A model generated the notes under the pieces. The model had not been told where the DNA came from. It saw only the letters and a list, made by a program, of their open reading frames with translations, and searched no databases. DNA of 64,000 nucleotides from NCBI GenBank assembly GCA_031459915.1, contig JAVKHO010000004.1:120858-184857 (forward strand), given 5' to 3'. This DNA comes from Candidatus Tepidifontimicrobium thermophilum. GTDB taxonomy: Bacteria; Sysuimicrobiota; Sysuimicrobiia; Sysuimicrobiales; Sysuimicrobiaceae. Positions 10,688 to 18,823 of this stretch are shown here, piece after piece (the stretch's first letter is position 1; each line of letters begins with the position of its first letter). The translations under genes were made by a program, and so were the position numbers.

Positions 10688-11740
10688 CTACCGCGGCTCA
10701 CCTGCGCCGTCTTGCCAGGGGAGATCGGCCCAGGCCCCCATTTCCAGGCCCGCCCGCTCACCGCGAGCCAGCCGGAACGCACCCGCGCACGCGATCATAG
10801 CCGCGTTGTCGGTGCACAGCCACGGCGGCGGCAACCACAGAGGGATTCCCAGGCGGTCCGCCTCCGAGGAAAGCCGCTCCCGCAGGGCCCGGTTGGCCGC
10901 CACCCCGCCGCCCAGGAGCAGGCAGGCCGGCCGCAGGTCCCGCGCAGCCCGTACGGTCCTGCGCACCAGGTGGGAGACCACCGCGTTCTGGAACGCCGCG
11001 GCCACATCCGCGACCTCCGGAGGCGGGCTCTGCTGCAGCGCCCGCAGGACCGCGGTCTTCAGCCCGCTGAAGCTGAAGTCGTACCCGTCCTCGGTCGCCA
11101 GCGGCACCGGCATGGGGACGCGTGAAGGGTCTCCCTCCTGGCTCAGCCGGTCGATCTCCGGTCCGCCCGGGTAGCCCAGGCCCATAGCCCGGGCCGCCTT
11201 ATCGAAGGCCTCCCCCGCGGCGTCGTCCCGGGTTCGTCCGAGCACCCGGTAGCGGCCGTACTCGGGGATCCACAACAGGTCGGTGTGCGCGCCGGACACC
11301 ACCAGGGCCAGAGCAGGCGTGGGGAAAGGCCCGTGCACCAGCACGTTGGCGTAGATGTGCCCCTCCAGGTGGTTCACGCCCACGAGGGGCTTGCCCGCGG
11401 CCAGGCTCAGGGCCTTGGCGAAGGCCACGCCCACGGCAAGTGCGCCCACCAAACCCGGCCCGCACGTTACCGCCACGCCACCCAGGTCTGCGACCTCCAC
11501 CCCGGCGCGCTCCAGGGCCTCGTCCACCACCGCCACCAGACGCTCCACGTGGCGGCGCGCCGCCAGCTCGGGCACGACTCCGCCGTAGCGGTGGTGCAGG
11601 TCCACCTGCGAGGCCACCACGCTGGACCGCACTTGCGTCCCCTGGACCACCGCGGCCGCGGTCTCGTCGCAGGAGGTCTCGATCCCCAGAACCGGCTGCC
11701 CGTACACCGCAGGACGTTGCGCGTCTGCCCCCGACCTCAC
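10688..11740 (-). CDS. tsaD: tRNA threonylcarbamoyltransferase TsaD
   Basis: LGIETSCDET, GGVVPELAARRH, VNHLEGH, TRDDAAGEAFDK, FSFSGLKT, CTDNAAMI. The GTG start overlaps the rimI stop. Confidence 0.96.
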   Translation of the reverse strand: MRSGADAQRPAVYGQPVLGIETSCDETAAAVVQGTQVRSSVVASQVDLHHRYGGVVPELAARRHVERLVAVVDEALERAGVEVADLGGVAVTCGPGLVGALAVGVAFAKALSLAAGKPLVGVNHLEGHIYANVLVHGPFPTPALALVVSGAHTDLLWIPEYGRYRVLGRTRDDAAGEAFDKAARAMGLGYPGGPEIDRLSQEGDPSRVPMPVPLATEDGYDFSFSGLKTAVLRALQQSPPPEVADVAAAFQNAVVSHLVRRTVRAARDLRPACLLLGGGVAANRALRERLSSEADRLGIPLWLPPPWLCTDNAAMIACAGAFRLARGERAGLEMGAWADLPWQDGAGEPR

Positions 11741-12249
11741 CGGGGCAGGGCCGCCTTCAGGGCCTCGAACTGCGACCGGAACGGCTCCTCCCAGATGTTC
11801 CCGGTCCACATGATGAGGGCGTCCTCTCCGTTGTCGCTGTAGTAGCGCGGCCGCACGTGGACCTCCCGGAAGCCGTACTTGCGGTACAGGGCCTGGGCCG
11901 CGTGGTTGGACCGCCGGACCTCCAGGGTCACCCACCGCGCCCCGCGCGCCCGGGCCTCCTCGATGAGGGCGACCAGCAACCGTTCCCCGACTTTCCGCCT
12001 CCGGTAGCGGGGCTCCACCGCGAGGGTGGTCACGTGGGCTTCCTCCAGGATCACCCACATGCCCGCGTAGCCCACCACCACTCCGTTCTGCCGCGCCACC
12101 AGGTAGCAGGCGCTGCGGTTCTCCTGCAGCTCCCGGCGGTAGGCGTCCCGCGGCCACGGGGTGGAAAAGCACTGGCGCTCGATCTCCAGGACCCGCGGGA
12201 TGTCCTCCAGCCGCATGGGCTCGATCTGAACCGACGCCACCGCCTTCAT
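11737..12249 (-). CDS. rimI: Ribosomal-protein-alanine N-acetyltransferase RimI
   Basis: EAHVTTLAV..RRRKVG, TLEVRRSNHAAQALYRKYGF..RPRYY..EDALIM. Confidence 0.93.
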   Translation of the reverse strand: MKAVASVQIEPMRLEDIPRVLEIERQCFSTPWPRDAYRRELQENRSACYLVARQNGVVVGYAGMWVILEEAHVTTLAVEPRYRRRKVGERLLVALIEEARARGARWVTLEVRRSNHAAQALYRKYGFREVHVRPRYYSDNGEDALIMWTGNIWEEPFRSQFEALKAALPR

Positions 12250-12938
12250 CCTGGCCCCACCTGCCGGAACGCGGGCGTGCGGCCATACCACGGCTGGATG
12301 TGTACCAGCGGCTGCGCCCGGCCTTCCATGAGACGCTGCCGGCCGAGCCAGGCCACCGAAGCCGCACGCGGGGTCCAGGACACCGCCTCCGCCAGGCGGC
12401 TGTCCGGCAGCGCCCGCGCGAACACCCCGGCCCACCGCGCCAGCCCGTCGCCGACCAGCACGCAGCCCCTCGCGGCGTCACCCGCCGCCCGGAACGCGTT
12501 CGCCACCTCCTCCGGCGGTGCCACCACCTCTTCCACCAGCCGGACTAGCCCGCCGTCGCGCCGCTGGAACAGAGCTGCCGCCACCTCGCCGCGCCTGGCG
12601 TCCACCACCACTCCCACGGTGGGAGCCTCCACGGCCGCAGCGACAGCTTCCAGGGTCGGAACCCCGCAGGCGGGCAGGTCCCGTGCCCGCGCCCACCCCA
12701 CCGCGGTGGCGATCCCCACCCGCAGGCCTGTGAACGACCCCGGGCCCACGGACACCGCCACCCCCTCCACGACCTCTGGACCCCAGCCCGTGTCCTGCAG
12801 GAGGCCCCAGATGGCCGGGGCCAACCACTCCAGGGACCTTCCAGGCGCCCGCACGGTGCGCTCCGCCACGAGACCGGAACCGTCCACCAGGGCCACGCTG
12901 GCCGTGCCGGTGGCCGTCTCAACTCCCAACACCCGCAC
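12246..12938 (-). CDS. tsaB: TsaB (t6A synthesis)
   Basis: MRVLGVETAT, VSVGPGSFTGLRVG, DARRGEV. Confidence 0.94.
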   Translation of the reverse strand: MRVLGVETATGTASVALVDGSGLVAERTVRAPGRSLEWLAPAIWGLLQDTGWGPEVVEGVAVSVGPGSFTGLRVGIATAVGWARARDLPACGVPTLEAVAAAVEAPTVGVVVDARRGEVAAALFQRRDGGLVRLVEEVVAPPEEVANAFRAAGDAARGCVLVGDGLARWAGVFARALPDSRLAEAVSWTPRAASVAWLGRQRLMEGRAQPLVHIQPWYGRTPAFRQVGPG

Positions 12939-13428
12939 GCTCGGCCTCCGCCTCCCGTTCCCACAATCGGAGTAGCTGGCAGCTGGAATTCCCCGTGGCC
13001 CGCACGTCAAGACGGCGGACCCGGGAGCCGGTCCCGTGGATGTAAACCCACAGGCAGTCCGCAGGCATGCGGTCGGATGCGCGGTCGGCCCACTCCACCA
13101 CCACCGCGGCCCCGGAGTCCAGCAGCTCGTCGAACCCGATGCCGTCCAGGTCTTCAGGCCCGATCCGGAACAGGTCCACGTGGTACAGGTACACCCTGCC
13201 GCGGTACTCCCGCACGAGGGTAAAGGTCGGACTGGCCACGTAGCCGGACACCCCCAGCCCGCGGGCCACGCCCTGCACGAAGGTGGTCTTTCCGGCGCCC
13301 AGCTCGCCCACCAAGGCGACCACGTCGCCCGGCCGCAGCACCTGTCCCAGGGCCTCGCCCAGCCCGCGGGTCCGGGCTTCGCTGGAGCTCGTCCACTCGC
13401 GGCCCGCGGCCGCCTCCGCGGCCTTCAT
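12919..13428 (-). CDS. tsaE: TsaE ATPase (t6A synthesis)
   Basis: GELGAGKTTF, SPTFTLVREY, HVDLFR, VEWAD. Confidence 0.95.
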   Translation of the reverse strand: MKAAEAAAGREWTSSSEARTRGLGEALGQVLRPGDVVALVGELGAGKTTFVQGVARGLGVSGYVASPTFTLVREYRGRVYLYHVDLFRIGPEDLDGIGFDELLDSGAAVVVEWADRASDRMPADCLWVYIHGTGSRVRRLDVRATGNSSCQLLRLWEREAEAERAGVGS

Positions 13429-14732
13429 CCCTCCCTGCGGACCCGCAGCCGCAGCCCTTCGACAGCCACCACCCGCACGCGCTCGCCCGCCCGTACCGGC
13501 TCGTCCGACTCCGCGGTCCAGTCCTCTCCCGCCACCAGGACCAGGCCCTGTCCGTCCAGGTCGGTCTTCGCCACGCCCACGCGCCCCACGAGCGCCTCCC
13601 GGCCCGACACGGGCCGCCTGCGCTGCGCGCGGATCCCCGCCCCCAGGGCGAAGAGGAAGAAGCCCCCGGTCATCAGCCCCAACGCCACCACTAGGGGCAC
13701 CGAGGCCCGGAGGTACGGCTCCTGGTTGCTGGTGAGCAGAATACCGCCGAGGATGAACGCCACGATGCCGCCCACCCCCAGCACGCCGAATCCGGGGACG
13801 AACAGCTCCGCCATGAGCAGGGCGATCCCTAGGGCCATGAGCGCCAGGCCCGCGTAGTTCACCTGCAGGATGGCGAACGACGCCAGCGCGAGGATCAGCG
13901 CGATGGCCCCCACCACACCCGGCACCACCGCTCCCGGGTTGTTCAGCTCGAACAGGATGCCGTAGATGGCCACCGTCATGAGGATCAGCCCCACGTTGGG
14001 CTCCGCCAGCAGGTCCAGGAAGCGCTCCCGGAGGTCCATGTCCAGGTCCACCACGCGGGCACCTCGGGTCCGCAGCACCTGGGCACCGCCCAGGACCTCG
14101 ACCGTGCGCCCGTCCACGCGGGCCAGCAACTCGTGCACGTCCGCGGCCAACAGGTCCACCACGTCCATCCGCACCGCCTCCTCGCTGGGCAGCGCGGCCG
14201 CCTGACGCACCGCGCGCTCGCCCCACTCCGCGTTCCTCCCGCGTCGGCGGGCGAGGGTGCGGATCTTGGCCACCGCGTCCTCCGTGGCCTTGCGGATCAT
14301 GGTCCTCTGGCTTTCCGTCTCCTGCTCTCCCCCGCCCACCGTTACCGGAGTTGCCGCCCCCAGGTTGGTGGTGGGTGCCATGGCCGCCACGTGGGCTGCG
14401 TACACCACGAACACCCCCGCGGAGGCCGCACGGGCACCAGGAGGCGCCACGTACACGATCACCGGGACGGGCGAGGCCAGGATCGCCTTGGTGATGTCGT
14501 CCGTGGACTTCAACAGGCCCCCCGGTGTGTCGAGCTCCACCACCAGAGCAACCGCGCCCGCGGCGTGCGCCTCCCGGATCCCGCGGCTGATGTACATGGC
14601 GGAGGCGGGGGAGATAACCCCCTCTACCCGGATCCGGTACACCACGGGCCCCTGCGGGGCGGCCAGGCCCAGGCCGGACCCGAGGACGAGGAGCAGCAGG
14701 AGGAGCAGCCGGTAGACCACCAGGACCTCCAC
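13425..14732 (-). CDS. nfeD: NfeD-family membrane-bound ClpP-class serine protease
   Basis: Signal peptide, LDTPGGL, ARAASAG, NLGAATPV, TM block and a C-terminal OB-fold (GEDWTA). Confidence 0.9.
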   Translation of the reverse strand: MEVLVVYRLLLLLLLVLGSGLGLAAPQGPVVYRIRVEGVISPASAMYISRGIREAHAAGAVALVVELDTPGGLLKSTDDITKAILASPVPVIVYVAPPGARAASAGVFVVYAAHVAAMAPTTNLGAATPVTVGGGEQETESQRTMIRKATEDAVAKIRTLARRRGRNAEWGERAVRQAAALPSEEAVRMDVVDLLAADVHELLARVDGRTVEVLGGAQVLRTRGARVVDLDMDLRERFLDLLAEPNVGLILMTVAIYGILFELNNPGAVVPGVVGAIALILALASFAILQVNYAGLALMALGIALLMAELFVPGFGVLGVGGIVAFILGGILLTSNQEPYLRASVPLVVALGLMTGGFFLFALGAGIRAQRRRPVSGREALVGRVGVAKTDLDGQGLVLVAGEDWTAESDEPVRAGERVRVVAVEGLRLRVRREG

Positions 14733-14779
14733 CCCTACGGTACCCTACCCGTGCGCTGCCGGGAAAGACACCGACGGCC

Positions 14780-16420
14780 CTAGCCCTCCCGCTGTTGGCG
14801 GTACAGGGCTTCCACCTCTTCCAGGGTGCTGGCCTCCCGGGGCGTTTTGTCGGCGCGCACCCGGACGATGCGGGGAAAGCGCAGCGCGTAGCCGGAGTCG
14901 TGCCGGTCGCTACGGGTCACGGCGTCGAACGCCACCTCCAGCACCACCTTCGGCTCCACCGCCTTGAAATGCCCGAAGTCCCGCACCGTGTGGCGGAGGA
15001 AGAACTGCGTGAGCTCCGCTATTTCCGCGTCCTGCAGGCCTGAGTACGCCTTGCCCACCACCCGCAGGCGGTCGCCGTCCCAGACGGCGAAGGTGTAATC
15101 GCTGAGCCACCCCGCCCGTTTGCCGTGGCCGTACTCCGCACCCACCACGACCACGTCCAGGGTTGCCAGCGGCTCCTTCCACTTCAGCCACAGCCCGCCC
15201 CGCCGCCCCGGCCGGTAGGGTGCGTCCAGGCGTTTCACCACCAGGCCCTCGTTGCCACGTTCCCGGGCGTCGCGGAAGGCCTCCCATAAGGAGGCCACGT
15301 CCCGCACCGGTCGGGCGCTCGCCAGGCGGACCGGTCCGGAGAACTCCATGGCCTGGAGGCGCTGGCGGCGTTCGGCCAGGGGCAAATCCATCAGATCCTG
15401 CTCCCCGAGCTTCAGCACGTCGAAGAGGAAGAGGGCCACGGGGACCTGCTCCGCCACCTGGAAAGGATCCAGCCGGCGCAGGCGCTGCTGCAACCGTTGG
15501 AAGGGCGCCGGCCGCTGCCCGGCCCACGCCACCAGCTCGCCGTCCGCGATGTACGCGGGACCCAGTTGCAGCAGGGGCTGTCGGAGCTCTGGGAAGCTGT
15601 CCGTCACGTCGTCCAGGGTGCGCGAGTACAGAGTCACCCGGTCGCCCAGGCGGTGCACCTGCACGCGTACCCCGTCGTACTTGTCCTCCGCCAGCACCTC
15701 CTGTGGGCCGTCGTGGAAGGGCTCCGCGGGGTCCGCGAGGGTGCCAGCCAGCATGAAGCGGAACGGGCGGAAGTAACGGAGGGAGGCGGCCGCCAGCTCG
15801 CCCCGCCGTGCCTGACACGCCACCTCTCCCAGGTCGGAGGACAGCAGGTCCGCGCGGCGTACCGCTCCCGGCCGAGCGCCGAAGGCCTCGGCCACCGCCT
15901 CCTGCAGCAACCCTTCCTTGAGCCCGATCCGCAGGTCACCGGTGAGCACCCGGACCAGGAACTTGGCCTCCATAGGCTGCGCTTGCTCCAGCAGCGCCCG
16001 CAGGACCGCGGCCCGGAACTCTGCGGCTCCCTTCCCGCGCGCGGCCGCCGCGCGCCGCAGCTGCGCGTGGGCCCCCTCAAGGGTCAGGGGCTCGCGGAAG
16101 AGGGGTACCGCGCGGCGCCGGGCCACCAGCTCCGCGGCCACGTCTCCCAGGTCCCCCCACCGCAGGTACAGCTCCGAGACCTCCCGGTCGGTAGCCCCGG
16201 ACAGCTCCTTCAGCACCTCCACGATGGTGGACCAGCCGATCTGCAGTTTGTCGGGATCTCCGGGTGGCAGCACGCGACCGGTCAGGTACGTGCACGCGAC
16301 CCGCAACGCCTCTTCCGGGAGCCGGCGCAGGTAGGCCGCCAGCAGGGTGACCTTCTCGCGTTTCGACGGCGTACGGGACACCGCGTCCAGGGTGGCCGCG
16401 AACTCCGCCCAGCGCGCCAA
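14780..16420 (-). CDS. lig: ATP-dependent DNA ligase (DBD-adenylation-OB, LigB/archaeal-like)
   Basis: EDKYDGVR (motif I), DGELV, FDVL, EGLVVK, WLKWK, LRFPR. AGGAGGT RBS before TTG 16420. Confidence 0.93.
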   Translation of the reverse strand: MARWAEFAATLDAVSRTPSKREKVTLLAAYLRRLPEEALRVACTYLTGRVLPPGDPDKLQIGWSTIVEVLKELSGATDREVSELYLRWGDLGDVAAELVARRRAVPLFREPLTLEGAHAQLRRAAAARGKGAAEFRAAVLRALLEQAQPMEAKFLVRVLTGDLRIGLKEGLLQEAVAEAFGARPGAVRRADLLSSDLGEVACQARRGELAAASLRYFRPFRFMLAGTLADPAEPFHDGPQEVLAEDKYDGVRVQVHRLGDRVTLYSRTLDDVTDSFPELRQPLLQLGPAYIADGELVAWAGQRPAPFQRLQQRLRRLDPFQVAEQVPVALFLFDVLKLGEQDLMDLPLAERRQRLQAMEFSGPVRLASARPVRDVASLWEAFRDARERGNEGLVVKRLDAPYRPGRRGGLWLKWKEPLATLDVVVVGAEYGHGKRAGWLSDYTFAVWDGDRLRVVGKAYSGLQDAEIAELTQFFLRHTVRDFGHFKAVEPKVVLEVAFDAVTRSDRHDSGYALRFPRIVRVRADKTPREASTLEEVEALYRQQREG

Positions 16421-16507
16421 CGCCCACCTCCTGCGGCGCCTCCAGACTAGACGGACCGTCCCGCGGATGCAACGCAGTCCTTTGTGGAATTTCGCCCGGT
16501 CGGGGGA

Positions 16508-16536
16508 TTGACAGCCCGGTTGGCCGGCGCTATTGT
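16508..16536 (+). promoter_or_regulatory. Sigma70-type promoter driving the c-di-GMP riboswitch transcript
   Basis: TTGACA-17 nt-TATTGT, about 22 nt before the aptamer. Confidence 0.75.
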
Positions 16537-16558
16537 GCCGGTACAAAACTGAACCGCG

Positions 16559-16650
16559 CACCGTTCGAAAGGGCAAACCCGCGGTAACGCGGGGACGCAA
16601 AGCCAACGGGGCCTGCGAGGAGCAGGTCGGCCGGGTTGCCGAAAACGGTG
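16559..16650 (+). ncRNA. Cyclic di-GMP-I (GEMM) riboswitch aptamer
   Basis: AAAGGGCAAAC-CCGCG-GTAA-CGCGG-GGACGCAAAGCC..CCTGC-GAGGA-GCAGG..GGTTGCCGAA matches the GEMM-I core. It has a GNRA tetraloop in P2, P1 CACCGT-TCG/CGA-AAACGGTG, and G at the position equivalent to Vc2 G20. Confidence 0.9.
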
Positions 16651-16662
16651 GTTTCGTTTTTG

Positions 16663-16700
16663 GGCCCGTTCGCGCGGTGCGCACGGGCCTTCTGTTTGTT
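16663..16700 (+). terminator. Intrinsic terminator (riboswitch expression platform)
   Basis: GGCCCGT-tc-GCGC-ggt-GCGC-ACGGGCC hairpin followed by TTCTGTTTGTT. Confidence 0.75.
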
Positions 16701-16710
16701 CTGCAGAGGG

Positions 16711-16779
16711 CACCGGGCAGGAAGCGCGCGCGTGCGGACCCTACCCCCCGAGGTCCGCGCGGCGCGCTTCCACCCGGTG
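16711..16779. repeat. Long imperfect inverted repeat (stem-loop)
   Basis: Nested arms CACCGGG/CCCGGTG, GGAAGCGCGC/GCGCGCTTCC and GCGGACC/GGTCCGC. Confidence 0.75.
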
Positions 16780-16828
16780 TGTGTCCGTCGGTATCGTCCG
16801 AGCCTACAACGCGGACTCTCCTCGCGGG

Positions 16829-17656
16829 TCAGCGCGTTCCAGACGCCACCTGCCCGTCACGGGTCAGGGCACGGTCCCGGGCCCTGGCCGGCCCGTGCCC
16901 GAGGCCGTGCACGTACCGGCGGAACGCTCCCTCGACGGCCTCCGAGAGCACCAACCGACTCAACAGCTCGAAGTCCGCCCCCCAGGCCTCCGCGCGCTCC
17001 CGAGCAGCTTCCAGCAGGGAAGCGAAAACGCCGGGCAGCGCGTCCGCCATCTGGGCCGCGGCCTCCGCGGTGCGGTGGTCGGTCCGCACCAGCAACGCCC
17101 CCGTACCGCGGTAGAGCTCCGCCACCGCGTCCACGGCCCAGCGCTGGTCTCCGCCCAACAGCACCCACCGGGGCCGCAGGAAGTCCCGCACCGCCTGGCC
17201 CCGGCGGAGCAGCAGGGGGTTGGAGACCACGCCTGCAGGAAAGCCTTCGCCCCGACGCTCCCGCAGCCGGTCCTGCAGCCACTGGGCAGTCCCCACGGGT
17301 ACGGGGGCCTGCAAGGCCAGCACGCTGCCCGGCGCCAGTCTAGCCACGAGGCTGTCCGCCCACGGCTGCCGCCGCGGGTCCGTGGCCACGCACCACAGCG
17401 CCGCCTCTAGAGGCGGATCCGCCACCAGCTCTAGCCACCCGCAGCCCAGGGCTTCGCGGAACAAGGGCTCCAACCCGGGTTCGAAGAACGGCAGGCGCCC
17501 CTGGCGTAGCGCCGCAAGCCGGGCGCGGTCAGGCTCCACCGCCAGCACGGGACGGCTGGGCCCCGCGAGACAGCTGGCCACCACCAAGCCGGATGCCTCC
17601 ACCCCCACCACCACGACTCGGGTCTCGGCCACCTCGCACCTCCGCGGCAACCTCAA
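16829..17656 (-). CDS. Degenerate, truncated UDP-glucose/GDP-mannose dehydrogenase-like protein
   Basis: LPFFEPGLEPL, PVPVGT, SNPLLLRRGQAVRDFLRPRWVLLG and AEAWGAD resemble Ugd. GxGxxG, the catalytic GGSC motif and the C-terminal domain are absent. Confidence 0.6.
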   Translation of the reverse strand: MRLPRRCEVAETRVVVVGVEASGLVVASCLAGPSRPVLAVEPDRARLAALRQGRLPFFEPGLEPLFREALGCGWLELVADPPLEAALWCVATDPRRQPWADSLVARLAPGSVLALQAPVPVGTAQWLQDRLRERRGEGFPAGVVSNPLLLRRGQAVRDFLRPRWVLLGGDQRWAVDAVAELYRGTGALLVRTDHRTAEAAAQMADALPGVFASLLEAARERAEAWGADFELLSRLVLSEAVEGAFRRYVHGLGHGPARARDRALTRDGQVASGTR

Positions 17657-17675
17657 GCAAGTTCCGTGCCGCGGT

Positions 17676-18815
17676 TCAAAACGAGTCCCACACCACCTCC
17701 CCCGCCACGACCGTGAGGGCTGCCCGACCCTCCACCAGCACGCAAAGGTCCGCGCGCAGCCCCGGTCGCAGCAGCCCGCGATCCTCGAGGCGTAGGACCC
17801 GCGCGGGAGTGGTGGTGGCCATGCGGACGGCGTCCCGCAGGGGCACGCCCCACCGGGTCGCGTTGTCTACCGCTTCGTCCATCCGCAGGACGGTGCCCGC
17901 AAGGGTCCCGTCCGCCAAACGTGGAGCCTCACCGGGCAGGACCGTCGCCAGGGCTCCGCCCAGGCGGTACCGACCCGGCGCAGCCCCCGCAGCGGCCATG
18001 GCGTCGGTCACGAGCGCCATCCGTTCCGATCCCAGCAGCCGGTAGGCCAGGCGGAAGGCCGCCGGGTGCACGTGCACCCCGTCTGCCACCAACCCGCACA
18101 CCCAGGCGCCGTCCTCCAGCGCGGCACCTACGACTCCCGGTTCCCGGTGGTGCAACCCCCGCATGGCGTTGAAGAGGTGGGTGACCATGCCGGCACCGGC
18201 CTCGAAGGCCTCCCGGGCCTGCTGGTAGGTGGCGTCCGAGTGGCCCACCGAGGCGACGACCCCCGCGCCCGCAAGCCACCGCACCAGCTCCAGCCCGCCC
18301 GGCTGTTCCGGAGCCACGGTGACGGCGCGCACAAGACCGCCGAGGTCAGCCACCAGCCGCCTGACGCTCGGATCGCCCGGAGGCACGATCCACCGCGGAT
18401 CGTGCGCCCCGGCCCGCTTCGGGCTGATGGCCGGTCCCTCCAGGTGCAGCCCCACCGGCTGGGCACCGCCTCCCGCGCCCACGGCCACCACCTGCGCGGC
18501 TGCCCGGACAACCTCCGGGGGCGCGGTGATCAACGTGGGCAGGAAGCTGGTAGTGCCCGTGGACGCCAGGTACCGCCGTGCCGCGGCGAACTGTTCGGGG
18601 GTGCAGGAAAGGAAGTCCGCGCCGGCGGCCCCGTTCACCTGCAGGTCCACAAAGCCAGGGACCAACACCCCGTGCGGGAACTCCCGGTCGGCACGGCGTG
18701 GTGTGCCCTCCCTGACCTCTGCGATGAGCCCGTCCTCCACCACCACGTAGCCCGGTACTAGGTCCCGGTCCGGGGCCACCACCACGCCCGCCGCGAGAAC
18801 GAGGCGGCTGATCAC
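17676..18815 (-). CDS. nagA: N-acetylglucosamine-6-phosphate deacetylase
   Basis: PGFVDLQVNG, GLHLEGP..GAH, GHSDA, THLFNAM, DGVHVHP, VTDAM, LAGT. Confidence 0.93.
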   Translation of the reverse strand: MISRLVLAAGVVVAPDRDLVPGYVVVEDGLIAEVREGTPRRADREFPHGVLVPGFVDLQVNGAAGADFLSCTPEQFAAARRYLASTGTTSFLPTLITAPPEVVRAAAQVVAVGAGGGAQPVGLHLEGPAISPKRAGAHDPRWIVPPGDPSVRRLVADLGGLVRAVTVAPEQPGGLELVRWLAGAGVVASVGHSDATYQQAREAFEAGAGMVTHLFNAMRGLHHREPGVVGAALEDGAWVCGLVADGVHVHPAAFRLAYRLLGSERMALVTDAMAAAGAAPGRYRLGGALATVLPGEAPRLADGTLAGTVLRMDEAVDNATRWGVPLRDAVRMATTTPARVLRLEDRGLLRPGLRADLCVLVEGRAALTVVAGEVVWDSF

Positions 18816-18823
18816 GGCGTCTG

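Noticed and set aside
10688..14226. Apparent long N-terminal extensions on tsaD, rimI, tsaB and tsaE (similarly glmS, ppc, kinase, IclR)
   Set aside because: Artefacts of first-start ORF calling. Overlapping stop/start junctions give the conventional lengths.
16559..16650. cGAMP-sensing (GEMM-Ib) variant
   Set aside because: The position equivalent to Vc2 nucleotide 20 is G (GGGCAAAC), not A, which favours c-di-GMP.
14780..16684. Riboswitch controlling the DNA ligase, or an extended ligase N-terminus
   Set aside because: The aptamer is on the opposite strand, and the ligase has a strong RBS at TTG 16420.
16533..17410. + strand ORFs (16533-17114, 16636-17343, 16781-17410) as possible riboswitch targets
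   Set aside because: No RBS; two start upstream of or inside the aptamer; low-complexity composition; all lie antisense to the ugd-like gene. A tiny peptide cannot be fully excluded.
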